Source of the DNA: Ascidiella aspersa
Lineage: Eukaryota
NCBI GenBank assembly: GCA_963924565.1
Contig: OZ004614.1
Location: 3,100,001-3,164,000 of the forward strand
Length of the DNA: 64,000 nucleotides
Direction: 5' to 3'
In this document: positions 26,100 through 39,600 of the stretch, one piece after another
Position numbering within the stretch: position 1 is the stretch's first letter
Layout: every line of letters starts with the position of its first letter
The notes under the pieces: model-generated
The model's database searches: none
What the model saw: the letters and a program-made list of their open reading frames with translations, nothing else
What the model was told of the DNA's origin: nothing
Position numbers and translations under genes: made by a program

Positions 26100-26506
26100 C
26101 GAGGCTTTACAACATATGGAGCCGGCCTTTAAACGAAAACGGCCCAGCAGAAGTGAGCGGCGGGTTTCGCCGGTCGGTAAACACGGCGCGAAAAAGAGTA
26201 AATGCCCGCAGTTGCTGCAAAAAAACTCGCCGCCGGCTCGACTTGCCTGACACAAGCGTGAAACCTTGAGCGGAACCGGTCAAACTGACACAGCCAAGTT
26301 ACATTTTCTGCCGAATTTTCACCAAAGTCCGAGGTCGAGTTTTAAGAGTTTTGAGGAGGCATTCTTCTTTCCTGACTCCATCGCGCCTTCCCATTATTCT
26401 TCGCACCTCTGGCGTGACGTTGAGGGCATTGTGACATCACACTACAAGCGCTACTGCTGCTGATAGTTCAACCGACCGAGGAAGTCAAAGTCGCATTAAG
26501 GTAAGA
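26100..26506 (+). promoter_or_regulatory. Candidate promoter and non-coding first exon (possibly of the RBM47-like gene)
   Basis: CpG-rich patch at 26110-26280, pyrimidine-rich stretch at ~26380-26410, strong donor AAG|GTAAGA at 26500/26501, more CpG-rich sequence to ~27150. The RBM47-like ATG lies 1 nt after an acceptor, so an upstream exon or spliced leader is required. The link between the two is not demonstrated. Confidence 0.4.
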
Positions 26507-28420
26507 ATTTTGGTCAAATATAGAAGTTTTACTCAGGCCTGATTTCGCAAAATTTTTGAGAGTTTTTTTTGGAGGATTATAGTTTCTGTGGAAAGTGCTG
26601 GTTGCGCACTTGTCCTTCTGCGCAGCGCTAATTTGCACGACGCAAGTTTTTTCGGATTTTCGGCGAAATTTAAGTTGAATATTGTCGGAGTAACAGCTAA
26701 GTAAGACGAAACCAAGTTTTAGCTCAGATTCAGTTTGAATATCACTCTGCGTATATCTGCATTAGATGAAAGCCTGTGACTCAAAAAAAGTTAAAAACTC
26801 AAAAATAGCCGTTCCGCACTGTACACGACTTTCCCTATTGCTCATAGTTTTCGTACGCCCACGTTAAGCCTATGTAAGTATAGACAGGGGGCGGGGAAAG
26901 TATAATCGGCTGCATCTGAGCCTTTTATCGTGTAATTCAAGCCTACGCTCTCGCATCACTAGCGGATCTCGCATTTTCAAGCGCACTCGAGCGGAACGGA
27001 CGGACGCGTCACGCCCCGGTCACCCGAGCGTGACGTGACGTCATACGCAAGATGCTCGATTCGTCCCAGGCCAAGTCCTTATGAAAATGTAGCGGGTTGT
27101 AGCGGGGCAAGTGTGTTTGTGTTCCGGCGGTGATTTTGGAATTACCGGGGTTCAGAGACTGGAGTCGATATTAAAAGGTTTGAAACAGATAGATCTGTTG
27201 TGCAAACGCAAGGTTTCAGCAGCTTTTGCAGTGACCTCACTCTAAAGTGACTTTTCGTCATATTGCAATAACAGCGACTTCGATGGAAAAAGTAATAGCT
27301 GAAATACATTTTCACGCCAACAGCCTTAGGTATATTAGCAGTTTTTGCTGTAAATCTTATTTTACCAAGTCGTTTAAAGCAAAGATATCACTCTATTTAT
27401 GTGGGGCGGAAATTTATTTTTGAGACAGTCGTTGTTTTTGAAAGACAGGTTCTGTTGTTAAAACATTTTTTTGGTTAGATTCTTGTACAATGTGCCTTTA
27501 TTTTCTTTGATGTTGATGCGTTACTTGAAAAGCAAAACTCTAACTGCGTTTTTGTTATTTTTGAAGCGTTGGTTGTTGAAATAATACCATGAAAGCTAAG
27601 ATTCAGCTCTGTGACTAGAAGTTTTGAAATAAGATTTATCTGCATTTGTTTGCTGCTATTATTTGTTCAGTATTAAGGCCTTATTTTCCTAATTTATGTG
27701 TGTATTACCGAATTAGTAAAGACTGCTATTTCCGCTGTTATAGACATCCAACTGTGAGATATGCAAATACTTGGCTTTTCGTTAAATCTAACAGACGCTG
27801 TTTGTGTCAAATGTTTAACGAAACAAACGTGAGCGCGTTATAATCATTAGCGTTTTACATACAAACTACTATCTATGAAATACATATAAGGGCTTTTTGA
27901 AAAAGCTATGATAACAATAAATGGCCTAGGTTTCATGACAATTGCTGTGATTAAGCCCTTCTTGGTAATTCTGTGCATCTTGCAAATTACAACATAAAAA
28001 CCACACAAAGTAAAACGTAGCTCTGTTAGACGTAAAATAACCAGTGGCTGATTTAGTATTTTGTGGGGGGCATACCAAGTTTCAGCCATGACGTCACAAA
28101 TTTTCGCCATACCCTTAGGAGTCAGGAAATTATACGCTGTGCTTTGTTTGTGGGGTCAACGCAATAGCAGTCAGTTGGCTTAAGTCATAGGGTTGACATT
28201 TCCGATAAATAAAATGGGTGGAAATAAATTAGGACATGGGGTCGGCTTTTCCAAAAAAAAACGGGGTGAAAAGATATGGGGTGGGGCTGGTTAGGGAGAA
28301 AGCTGGCACAATATTTGCAGAGGCCGTGAGCTCTTTCGCTTTGGCGCTTTAACGCTCAACTGTTTCGTTTCGCGACCTGGACATAATAAGGCTTGTAGAC
28401 GTACGTTGGCGAGAAGGGAT

Positions 28421-28468
28421 AATAGAAGTATACACACAAGCCTTAATAGAAGTATACACACAAGCCTT
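28421..28468. repeat. Perfect 24-bp tandem duplication
   Basis: AATAGAAGTATACACACAAGCCTT x2. Confidence 0.95.
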
Positions 28469-29061
28469 AGGGGGGCGGGGGCGACAAAGTACGCCGCGCT
28501 AAAGCCTCTCTCTTGTCTGCGCCGCCGACACAATGGGCTGCTGCTGTGGGGCGTCGTTATTATCGACCGTGATTTCTCCTTTTTTGCCGCGATTCAAAAA
28601 CGGATTTTCGGCTGCTAGGGCAAATAAGGCGGGCGGGTGTTGAGGTCGTTGGCTTGAAGTCGTGGTTCTAAACCTGCAGTACACGTGCAACTAGTGGTAG
28701 GGGGATGATTTCGATTGGTAGCTTTTAGGTCTAATGCTGAGTTTGGGGAAATTAACGCAATATGTGTGTTATGTCTTTATATCATATTCCCTCTTTTGCT
28801 CACTAAACCGAGATACTAATCTAAAGTTTGCCACTAGCGCTGAAAACAAGTAGTGTTTTTTAAGTCAATTTTAGGTTAATAGACTTACGTAAATTGAAGC
28901 AAAGTTTTTTTTTAAACCAGGTGGTACACAGCTCAGTAAAATACACTAGGATACTATAGGCGATTGTATACAGTTGAACCACTGGTTTAAGCGATTACAG
29001 AGAGAGTATGACACACGAATTTTAGGTCATTTTGATTAATTTTCTCAATAAAAATCCTAGC

Positions 29062-29420
29062 CTTAAACTGTCGGAACGTCAATATAGTTAAAAGCCACTA
29101 CTAGGTAATACGTGGCCGGAAAATGTCGAAGTTGCATACAGCAGAACAAACTTTGTAAACATTTAAACGAATTAGGGGCCACGAATTTTAAGTCACGTTT
29201 TGTTTCAATAAATGCATACAAAATATTGAGCGAAAACTTGTCCAAACGTAGCTATAGTAAAAACTCAATAGGTAATACGTATAAAAATTTAGAGGTGAAA
29301 CAAAAAGATGTCGAGGTTAAACAAAAGTTAAAGAAACTTGAAAAAACAAATCTGAGCATTTAAACAGAAAAGCTGAACGTTAAACTGTCGGAACGTAGCT
29401 GTAGTAAAAATCCACTAGGT
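29062..29420. repeat. Three diverged copies of a ~45-bp motif spaced 145-175 bp apart
   Basis: AAACTGTCGGAACGT..(C)TATAGT.AAAA..C.A.TAGGT(AATACG) at ~29063, ~29235, ~29381. Confidence 0.75.
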
Positions 29421-30412
29421 GGTTCTCGACCACAAAAAAATTGAGAATCACAGTCGTAAACAGGGAAAAAGATAGAAGGCCTATTCGCCAAGCGAGGGCT
29501 TAGAGTAGGCGCCTGTGCATTGGGCCGCTTTGTTGCAGCAATTTTCTTCCGTTTGACGCAATCTTTCTCTCTCTAGCGCGACAGGAGACCTTCTGCTATT
29601 GCTGTCCGAGCTATGACGCCGCTTTATGCGATATGTCGTACCTGAAAGGCGATACGACGATGTTTTAGGGGCAGAGAGAGTTTTCGCTGACATTCGACAG
29701 AGCCTTTCATCGGCTCATCTCGCCTTTCAGGGGCAGATAAGCGTATTGGATATTAGGGCGAAGTTGGCTGCGATCGCCTTGCTGGCTTTTTCTGTGTGCT
29801 GGTGAGGCTAAGTTAAAGTTGAAAGCGATATTTTGGCTTGTTTAAATGGTATAGGTACTTTTTGTCAATGGCGAGATTTTACTTCTGCATGGCGTTAAGG
29901 ATGGAATTTAGATTTGTGAGTTTTTACAGTGTGAAATGTTGCATTTTACAAAGTGCTTACGGTAATAATTTGACCTTAACGAGGCTTTTAAGATGAAATT
30001 ATGGTTTTGCCAAGCTTTCTGGCCTGAAATGTTGGCCAGGTTTTACGCTGGAGTTATTCTGTTGTACGATTTTATAGCCAATGCTGATTATATATGTTTC
30101 AACGCTTATATTATGTCCTTACGAGCTTTTAAAGCTTGCAATTTTGTTTTTTGCGATCTTTTTAGGCGATATTCATTGCTTTTATGAGGTTTCAGACTAG
30201 AAGCGTGGCACATGGGCGCCACATTAAACAAGTTCCCGATTTGCTTTCCCATTGCGTTTATAACACTAAATCCGCACAGTTCAACCAAACCGGATTTAAA
30301 TCGCTATAGAGTTTTGCGTTCAGTGGGATTTCAAGCGATTGAATGTTTCATTTAGACAAAAGAGAAAGCTGTCCGTATTCGCTGGGTGTGGATTTGTGCT
30401 ATCGGTGTACGC

Positions 30413-30767
30413 CAGTGTTGTAAAGAAGCCGTTTTGAAATGACTTCGTCAAGTCATTTGAAAGAAAAACTCAAGTTAAAGTCAAGTCATTTTGAATATAT
30501 AACAAGTTAAGTTTAAGTGAAGTCATATTAAGAGCAAGTCAATTTTAAGTCAAGTCCTTATTGATAAGCCAGTCCGAATATAAGCAGTAACTTAAATAAA
30601 AAATGACCAAAACGCAACATATAGCAAACAAATTGCTTTGTATGTACAATACTAAGCAAAATACTCCAATTTAAAAAAAACAACACTGTATTTCAACCCA
30701 AATCATTTGACCAAAAGACTCAAGTCAAGTCAAGTCATTTTAAAACAGTTAATTCATTGCAACACTG
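30413..30767 (+). mobile_element. hAT-like MITE with internal (AAGTC)n subterminal repeats
   Basis: TIR CAGTGTTG ... CAACACTG. Flanks TGTACGC / TTTACGC look like a decayed TSD. Many CAAGTCAAGTCATTT repeats inside. Related fragment at ~17978-18030. Confidence 0.75.
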
Positions 30768-31839
30768 TTTACGCATCTCGAGCTTAGCTTGCGCATAGTT
30801 AGATGTCCCGTGCCCAGCTTTTGCCTGTAACACAGCCCCAGTGCGATTGGGAGGACATTAAAAGCCGAGATATGTCATTTTGCCGTCTGTATGCGCTGCA
30901 AACCGGCTATTTCGAGGACCATTACACTTCATTATGGCCATGGGGGTAACCATTTCAAATGTATATATTGAATTAGGCAACTTTACAGAGCTGCATTCAC
31001 ATATCCAACTTAATGGCAGCGTGCACAAACGGTATAGAAAAGATACTTTTGCGGCCCCTTAGTATTAGTTGATTAGCAGGTCACAAAAAATTGTTTTAAG
31101 CGAGTAACTTCAGCCTTTCAAGTAGTTTATGGGGTATCGATTGAGAACCACCGCCTTAACTAATTACAACCAATGGCGGTCTTTGATGTCGTAGAAAAAT
31201 CGTAATATCTAATAAACAGATACCATATTATATATAAAAATTTCACGAATATTTGGCTGCTTTAGTGGTGTGCAACAATTGATCACGCGAAAAAATTTGA
31301 AAAAAAAACTGTTTTTTCAAAAAATTCAAAAGTAGAAGTTAGGGTTAGTTGCTCTTTCCCCCATTTTAAATATAGTTTTATAAATACGCCTTTCCTTAGT
31401 ATCTGCTGGGATACACATAATTATCTAAAAATCTATGGTAGTCCACTGAAGAAAACAAGTTTAGAAGCTGGTCTAGGGTTTAAAATCCAGGCACAAAAAT
31501 AGGAGCCTACTGCTTTTCAAAGTGGCCGTGTGAACTGGCCCCTAAGCCGTTGATTGTTGCGTAGACGGCGACGCATTGTTTTACTTCCGCGTTCCCACGA
31601 ACGAACGTGGCCCTTTATATTCGCGGAAAAATTACGCGTCGAATTTGCTTCACAGCGCTTTGCAACCACGCTTCTATCGTCAGCCGGCGTTTCGGTGCTT
31701 TTTTGCTGCGTTTATTTTGAGGTCCAACCGCAGGCCAGACTTATCAGAGCGTGGCCTGAGCTGAATACGCAAAGCAGGTTTAATAACACGGAAGTAGCTG
31801 GCTCAGGTCTTCAGCTTCAGCTGCTGATGCTGATGGTAG

Positions 31840-32210
31840 CTAAATGCAAAGTTATTTTGCACAAAAAGGAGCAGGTAAATTTACTTTTAGTACGATGTTG
31901 GCAAATTTGTAACCGTGATTAATAATGAGGTGTAGCAGGTATGAACAAAGAGCTATGACAAACCTATCGGAGGTATGGTACTTCAATGCAAAGTTAGTTT
32001 GTGCAAAAACGCAATTAAATACAACGCGTCCAATTCTCTAGCACTATGTTTTTGGGTGAATTTGTAACCATGATAAAAAGAAAAGACATATAGGAGGCGC
32101 GATATCTCATATGTACACAAGAGATATGAAAACCGCTTTAGAGATATAATTCCCCAATTGAAATAAACTTAATACAAAAACGGCGCAAGTAAATACCACT
32201 TTTATTCGTT
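31840..32210. repeat. Highly diverged tandem array, ~145-170-bp period
   Basis: AATGCAAAGTTA.TTTG...AAAAA.G at 31843 and 31985 with a weaker third at ~32156. AATTTGTAACC.TGAT at 31904 and 32059. Confidence 0.55.
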
Positions 32211-33911
32211 TATAGTACTATATAGGCCATTCACAAAAAATGTGGCAAAATAAAGAAATCTGCAATAGATATAGGGGATGATAGCTTAACTCAAAGTGAA
32301 TTTACACAATTTGAATTGTAATGAATGTCATACAAATGATTTAATTACCGCAAGTGAATAGTATTGAAGATATATGATAACTCATAAGTGGTTTTGTACC
32401 TCAATGTGAAGCAACAACGAGTTATATTACATCAGTGATTTCGCATAGAAGAATATAAAAATAGATAAGGAAAGGCATACGGCAATACGACCCACCCTTG
32501 GAGGTATAATATGCAAAGTGACCCTTTACAAAAATATGTAAGAGATATAAGTGAGGAACAGTTGTTTAAATCATAGTATATTGTATATGTGATTTACCGA
32601 CCGTAGTTAAATAAAGTGACAGTTTACCTTTTTGTGGGAGAAAGTGAATTAAACGACTTAATGGGCTGCCAGGTATACATCAGCAAAACAAGCAATGATG
32701 GTAAAATAACAGAAAAAGGGTTTCGAGGAGAGTAACTGAAAGTGATGCAATGCCAGCTGTTAAAATAATCATATTATTCGTTTTGTTGCTTTAGGATGTG
32801 TCAAATTGAATGGTTCAACGCCTACACCAAACAAGTACCAAAACCGTTTTACAAAATTTGGCAAAGATTATCTAAAAGCCAGGCTAGAAAACACGCCAAA
32901 CATAAGTGTAAGGAAAAATTACTGATCAGTTTTCACAAAGTGTTCCAAAAAGTTTATTTATGAAAGTTCTTTTAGGTTCAGAGTCCGAAACACGCCGAAT
33001 ATTAGTGATGAACAATGAGGCAAGAGTTACCAGTCGAAATTATTTTCAGCAAAGCAGCCACTGGCCTGAAAAGCGTGGGAGGACCACAGACTGCGTTAAG
33101 TCACGTTTCTTTATTCAACCAACTATAAAAATAAGCCGGCAGCTAACCATAGATTATATAGAGTCTAGAGACCACACACGTTTTATTTTGACCCGCTTTT
33201 AAAATATCTAGTGTTTTTCCTTTTTAAATTCAGTGGTGAAATAATGGAGTGTGTAACTGTAACGCATGGGGAAATGGGAAGCAGTCTTTTTGGAGAATTG
33301 TAAATCAGTATTTAGCTGTTAAAAGGAAAAAAACTTGTGCAAAACAGGCAGGGCGTTTTATAACAGGCTACACCAACCAAAATGCTGGAACTGTAATTTA
33401 CCGAATATATAAAAAGCCCATTTGGGAAAAAAATTACGGCCTTAGTTTCTGAGGAAAATCATTTTAAATACATGGCCAGAACAGGCTTTAAAAATTGACC
33501 AGCAAAAACAGCCTAAAACGTCTTAAGTAATTTAGGGTCCTAAAATAACAGATCCGCCTTTTAAACCATTTCCACAGTCACTTTACATGGCTGTTACAAT
33601 TGCGCTTAAATCGGCTCCAAAACGTAGTAATTACCATTAACTTAGAGGTACGAAAGTTTGCGCGTAGATTTGTTGACGAGTCAACAAAGTTCCGGAGGTT
33701 TTTGGCGAAAATCGAACAAAAGTAAACACTCCGTGCTGTTTGGAACGAAAGGGGATGGTCTTGTGTATTCGTGCACATCGATGTTTAACTCGGCGATAAT
33801 GTCGTGGATCTGTCCGGGCATTTTAAGCCATTTAGAGAGCGTTTAAGATACCATGAGGTCACTTTTACCGCATTCAGATAGTATGCGTTATGATATTGAG
33901 TTGAAGCATAC

Positions 33912-34005
33912 TGGCTGGAGGTTGTAGTAAGACGTAATAAGAATATCAAAGCCCATACAGAAGTAGGTATCATTTTGAACGGTTCGAATAACTCGACTTA
34001 TTACA
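33912..34005 (+). mobile_element. Foldback MITE family F arm
   Basis: TGGCTGGAGGTTGTAGTAAGACGTAATAAGAATATCAAAGCCCATACAGAAGTAGGTATCATTTTGAACGGTTCGAATAACTC. Other copies at ~358-427(-), 10586-10629(+), 24948-24982, 39731-39753, 41201-41281(-), 41331-41409(-), 51315-51379(-), 51425-51508(-), 53876-53986, 56132-56338. Confidence 0.8.
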
Positions 34006-36590
34006 TATTGAGTTGAGATAGGGTTTTTGGTAGCCTATGCACATTTTTGTTGCGTCAAATATAAGGTATAACTTGTTCAAACAAACCAGCTCATTTATTT
34101 TATGTAGTTTTATTAGAATCATATCTTCGCCAATTCTTGCATACCAGAAGCATTGTTAGTGTTAGTGGTGTAATGCAGGTTTCGCATAAGGAGTAAAATT
34201 GTATTTATTTAAACAAAAATAGCGTTAGCTGTGAAACGAAATCCTGCAACTAATGTTACAAGTCTCCGCTGGCGCAAAATAATGGCATTATTACCTACGT
34301 TTTAAGGTAAATGTACCTGCCAGCCAGCTTTATTAGGGCTATTGAATGTTGTTCCACTTTTAGCACAATTACCTTAATGAATCTGGGCTGTGTTGTATAG
34401 GCCTCAAAACACCGGGTATACACTATTTGCACTAGTAAAGTTTTGTTTTGTTGGTATTACGCCTCTTGGCGATTCGCGTGCTATTTAAAAGCTCCCGACA
34501 TTACATATTGTTAATTTTTTTAAATTCTTTGATATATATGTAGGTTTTTAACAGGACATGGAGAAAATCATGTTTAATTTACATGGTCCTCATACCTAAC
34601 CGACTATAGAGGATACCACCAATGTTGTTTTATAGAAAACATTATTTGAGACCACAAGAATGGCGAAAGAACTAACAAAAATGTTTGTTGTTAAAATATT
34701 TTTTTTCTAGCTACTTTCGCTACATAATAAACAATGTAGATGTTATTCTTGTCCATGAATGGTTTTATGTAGGGTAACTAAATAAAAGTGGAAAGCTAAC
34801 TATTACATCCATCTTGTGATGTTTTTTTACCCCATGGCCAATTAGAAAAACCACAGGGAAAGCAACTAGTTCCATTTTCCACCCTGTTTGAACAGAACGG
34901 GAAAATAATAGAGTCGTACGCTTCTAGTGCGGCCGCATACACTTTTTTTGAAAAGGCGCGGAGCCGAGAATCAATAGCCAGAGTAAATACACATTAGTCT
35001 GTAATGATTGAAGGCAAAGCTACGGTAGAATTCAAATTCAAACAAAGAGTTTTGCTGACAAGAGAAAGTTAATGATCCCTTCGCAGCTCAGAGAGCCTCA
35101 TACTGACAACCATGACGATTTTTGACATTAGTGGACAAATTTAAAAGGAAACTTAACGTATCGTATAATTCTACAGTTTAAAAAGCATTTTGAGTTTTGA
35201 GATTTCTGCGATGACTTAAAGGTATTTTGTGTCTTGAGATTTCTACAATAATCAAAGGAGATTTATAGGTTTACATTATAAGTTTTTTATCAGTTATAGT
35301 CAGAAGAATAATAACAAAATTTTGTTGTAATATAAACCATCTGGAATCTATGTGGAAGAATATTTTCGCAGCGTTAGATTTGTATTAGTTATTACTACTT
35401 GTAGTTTAATACGTCTACAAACGCCATGTTGAAACTTGACAAAGATCTTAACACCAAATATTCGTTAGCTAATGCTCAATTAATTTTCAAGCAAATAGAA
35501 AACCGTACTACAAGTAAATTATGAAACAAAACGTCTAACTACTTTTAAAAACAACTATATTTACTTGATCCGATCAGCAAAAGTACGTATACGCCGCGAA
35601 TTTGCATAACTGGAAAGCAAGAGAGGGTCTTGAGGCGCGAATAGAGTTATCAGAGTTTATATAAGCTCGGGCCAATAGTGTGCTACAGGAAGCCACGTAT
35701 GACACGGCACATTATCCCTGCTCCGTGCATAGAGTCACAACCTCCCATATGCGACACAGCGCCGCTGCAGCTCTGCACAGTGCCGTGTTCTGACGATAGA
35801 TGTTGCCTGTGATTCTTATGTAGTCTCTGCTCAATGTGTATCCACAGGCATTGTTGTGTGTTGCACAGATGCCATTGTTTTTAAGTCTGAGTCACACCGT
35901 ATTCTGCTATAGGGGCTTCAGTTAGCGGTGTGACAGCAGCTTTGGAAGGGTATAGCAACTGTAAAGTCATGTGTTAGGACGTTAGGAACGTTCTTTTGTA
36001 CGTAGACAGCCATGTTTATGCTCGGCTATAGCAACAGATCACTGTCCCGAAGCCTTTATTTTCGTAAGGCAAGTCAGTCGCTTTCCCCGTCAATTGTTTG
36101 CTGCCAAAGGTTTTCGAAACGGGAAAGTCGCGGCCAATTGTTCGAGGCACGAGATTGAAGCAACTTTGACGCCTTATAAATGGCAGGAAGTGACGAGCGC
36201 AGTGCTTAGACCGCAGAACAGTTGTGGTTGTGTTCACAGGGTCGTGTCTTAATGAGGCTTTAATCTACCGTACAAACGGATAGTAGGAAATTACTGTTAC
36301 AAAGTTTTTTGCGGTTGTGGCGAATCCCAATTGATTTTGAGTTTTTTGTTTTGGCCGGATTTGTAAAATTGTCTGCGTATAGAAATAAAAAAATTATCAC
36401 TGAGTGTTCAAAATGAACGGCTTATGTTGATTACAAGGTCTTTTAATAACATGTTAGCTGTTTCGCTAAACAACACTGTGTTTTTCTTTTGATTTTTCAA
36501 TCTCCTTGCGATTTTTGGAAGCGCAAAATAGGCAAAAAATGCGGAGGATATTTGGTAAAACGGAGCAAAATGCGTTGAACACACACAAAA

Positions 36591-36597
<7 letters not shown>

Positions 36598-36622
<25 letters not shown>
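36598..36622. repeat. (TA)n microsatellite
   Basis: About 12 TA units. Confidence 0.95.
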
Positions 36623-39600
36623 AATATCGTAAGTTCGAACTTAATCGCAGGCTAGACGAAGGCATCCATTATTCAACCACAAATGGAACACAACTAAAAT
36701 TCCTAACACTATGTTTATGGTAGCTCCTTTGCTAAACAACAAAACTCCCTGCCTTTCTTAAAACGTAAAGTATAGTCATTTTTAAATGCGGTGCGAAAAT
36801 TTGGAAAAGGGAGTCAATAAATATGTGTATAAAAGATTTTGAGAAGATATTTTCCATTGTGCAATCACAAGCCAAACAGCAATAAACAAAAAGTTTAACA
36901 CAGCATGTATTCGGTGCAGAAACCTTATAGGGAAGCGCTTAGCCGGGCACACATATAGCGCAAACATTACAAAACAGTAGAAAAATTAAGAAAAAAATCT
37001 GCTTGTGGAAATCACTCGGAAATGCCATATGGAAGTCCTGACTTCAAGCTGTACGTCCCAAAAGCGTAAACTGGACTGGCGGCAGGAACCCGGAGCCAAT
37101 GGAACCTTCCAGGCCATTCAGGGCGCCGAAACGCCCGGCCAGCACCCGGAAAGACCACCTGCTCAAAAGGTGCCTTGTCTGCGCGATGCAGATAAGATAG
37201 GGTAAGTCGTCTGACACGTGTTGTTCTTTCTCGTAGCTCGTATGTGGAGCTTTGAACGGCGCGGAGAAGCCGTAATTGCGAAGTGGCTTCTTTTAACGAC
37301 CGGGCGCTTGGCTAATGACGGAAAAACGAGGTTTTGACGTTCTTTTCATTCCCACAATTGCTCCCCGTCGGGCCCTAGGACCACTTGAAACGTAAATTAC
37401 CTGGGTTCTTTGCGCGTCGCAATTTGACAGATACAGCCGCACATAAATCGGACAACACGCTTTTAAGACAATTCTCGGTTGTTTCTTGTGCTGAATCATG
37501 TATTAATAGCGATCTACCTTTTAAACGCTACACATCACCATTTAGCACTGTGTTTTTTTACGGATTTTTAAGAGTTGTGGATTTTTAAAGTGTTATGTAA
37601 GACGATTGACAACGCTCAACTCCCTCTCAAAGTTATATGTGTTTGTTTGGTTCTATGGCCCCTTACAAATACCTTCAACACTATAACCGCATACTCAACA
37701 AAAAACTCTGATTAGTTTATTAATTTTTGTACGACTTGCAAGTTTTAAGGCTATATTTGAAGGCGAGCAAACACTTAAAAGAAAAACCTAAATATCATTA
37801 CATTAAAAATTGATAAATAAAAATATTGTTAACTAGGAATTTGGTGCGAAGCTTACTGTTACACTCTTTGACGAATAGCTAATAATGAGGCCTTTTGCCC
37901 CCCCTTCCCTTAGAAGACCCCTTTGGGGGCATTTTCTGGTTCTAGAAAAACACAAAAAACGCATAAAAATTGTTTACTTGAGCAACTGTACATGCATTGC
38001 ACCCGAAGATTTTGCGAGTCAATCGTAGCTCATAATTACTTTATATGGTTTGTGGCCATTGCTTCAGGTATCAAATAACCCGTCTAGAAAGTCCTAAAAA
38101 TGTCACTATGGTTTGAGAAAACCGATCTTCGCGTGGTAATTGTTTACTTCGTAGCAATTGTAAATGCATTATACCTGAGCGTACAGCTTTAATGCGCAGC
38201 CTAACGTTTGTGTACCATTTCGTTGTCTTATCTGCGACCACTGAAACGATGCAACATCATGGAAGCCCTAATAGAGAGCTTTTCTCCGACATAAGCATTA
38301 AGTTGTGTAAACCTTACAAGCTTCGAAAAGCTAAAGTTAATACGGGACAATTTAATAGTTGTACAATCATTTTGCATGTTTTATAACTGTAGGTAGTTGT
38401 GTATTACGTTATGCACATATGTATAGGGTTTGGCGATTTGAAACGGTTTCTTGGCCATTGGTATTTCAGAAGAAACAAGGCTGTAATTATTTTTTTTTTT
38501 GAGTTCTGCACCATTAATGACGATAATTAAAAGTAAACTGTTGCTCCAGCCATAGTAATATAGACAAGAAAAAAAAGCTCCCCTGGTAATAATACCATAC
38601 CAGAGGAGCTGTTTTTTTTATTTATATTAATAGTTGCACATTTACTCTACATGCTTAATAACCGTAAGCAGGTGTGTAATACGAGTAGTTTGCTTTAGAA
38701 GCCGTTGAATACTCGGAACACTTTTCCATAATGTGTTCATATCTGTTTCGCTTTATAAAGGCATTAGTAAGAGGAATGCTGCTCAGGTTACAAATGTATT
38801 GGGCAACGCTAAAGCAGTGGGGTGATTTTTATAAAAATACCCCACCCCTCAAGATATACCTCAGAAAGGTTGCCAAATCTTTTGTGACGTTACATGACGC
38901 AAGAAGGATGCTTTGACGTAACACTAACAGTAAGCAATTCCACAGTCGATTTCCGAATTGGACTTACAAGGTTTCTATGGCATAACTTTGAAAAGGAAAA
39001 TTAGTTTATAGAACAGCACAGCGGGCCTGTTTCAATGATCTGTACACATCTGTCCAGCAAGGAGTTTCCAAAGCTTTGCAAAGGCGTACAGATTCGAGAT
39101 AGTTTCCGGGTATGGGCGAATAAGGCTATATACTGGCAGCGCGATGCCTTTATAGCTTCGGCCTATATCCTATAGTATCTATACATCGCTTCTCTTTTGA
39201 AACTTAAGACGCGTCGCACATGTTATAGAACAGGAAGCGGGTTATCCCTGCTGGTTACAGGCTTAAGTTAGATTTATAAGCACGCCAGCTTTACTAGATG
39301 TACCCATGGTAGGCTTTTATCATTTGGGACTTTGTAAACGTTTTTTGTTTTTTATTTGACTTACTAGTTTTCTTTAACTAACAACGCAAATTGATATACA
39401 CCGGGTTGGGTTTTGTAGCATATTGGTTATGGGCTGTAGACGTAGATCAAACAACAAAGTCCATACACAAGTCAAGTAGGTTGCATTTTGCGAACGCTTC
39501 GAACAAAACATTATTCATTTTCAACAAATATTATTATTTATTCGAAACGTTCACAAAATGCCACTTACTTCTGCAATGGATATAGTTGCGCAAATATGAC

